Shown here one piece after another: positions 63,607 to 64,000 of a DNA stretch of 64,000 nt. The stretch is taken from the NCBI GenBank assembly GCA_002269645.1, contig NIVC01003316.1, forward strand, positions 40,369-104,368, in the 5' to 3' direction. The notes beneath the pieces were generated by a model. That model made no database searches and was not told the origin of the DNA. It was given only the letters and a program-made list of their open reading frames with translations. Each line of letters begins with the position of its first letter. Position 1 is the stretch's first letter. The translations under genes were made by a program, and so were the position numbers. This DNA comes from Macrostomum lignano. Its lineage: Eukaryota.

Positions 63607-64000
63607 AAAGCTTTCCATGAAATAATGCTATTACTGCACGGCATTGATGCACGGGCCATAGGCAAACAACGACGATTCGTGGGGTGTGTGGCCTGCAAAA
63701 TCATTGAAAGCAGAAATTTTTTTTTTATTTACGCATCAATTTACCGGTATGGACGATTTATAACTTTGGGCAGCCAGTGCTTATAGTGCATGCGCCTATC
63801 TATGGCTAGGAGAGGAAAGTTAGGTATGCATGTACATTTCTGTTAATTTTCTCCGCCCGCTGCCAGTCTCAGCAGGCCGTCCGTTATCGCCGATGGCAAC
63901 CAGCAGGAATCTCGCAGCAGCAGGCCAGCGTAGCAAAGCAGAACTGCCAACAACAGGGTGAGTAGGAGCAGCAGAAGAAGAACAGATCCAATTCTTGACC

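Overview
Eukaryotic (animal) genomic DNA. It has spliceosomal introns, GC-rich exons with Ala/Gln/Pro runs, and AT-rich intergenic DNA full of decayed transposons. Unrelated minisatellites fill many introns, which resembles a free-living flatworm such as Macrostomum (inference only). Supported genes: an 8-finger C2H2 zinc-finger protein (+, from 8592); a multi-exon AIP3/Bud6-domain protein of the SRCIN1/KIAA1217 type (+, at least 29477-38237); a minus-strand housekeeping trio RPL7, SNRPF (SmF) and BTF3; a two-exon small secreted prohormone-like gene missed by the ORF track (57145-57647); and two head-to-head genes of unknown function (about 61.0-63.6 kb). Mobile DNA: a hAT-like MITE, a 2-kb TIR element with 8-bp TSD (P/hAT-like), a full-length dead mariner, hAT and Tc1/mariner fragments, and a Penelope GIY-YIG fragment with a decayed minimal hammerhead ribozyme inside a 3.3-kb nested palindrome. 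Most long ORFs in the supplied track are repeat artefacts. Best leads: the candidate neuropeptide precursor, the Penelope/hammerhead palindrome, seven unrelated arrays sharing a 21-bp period, and arrays that begin at splice donors. All gene models were read by eye; no database searches were run.
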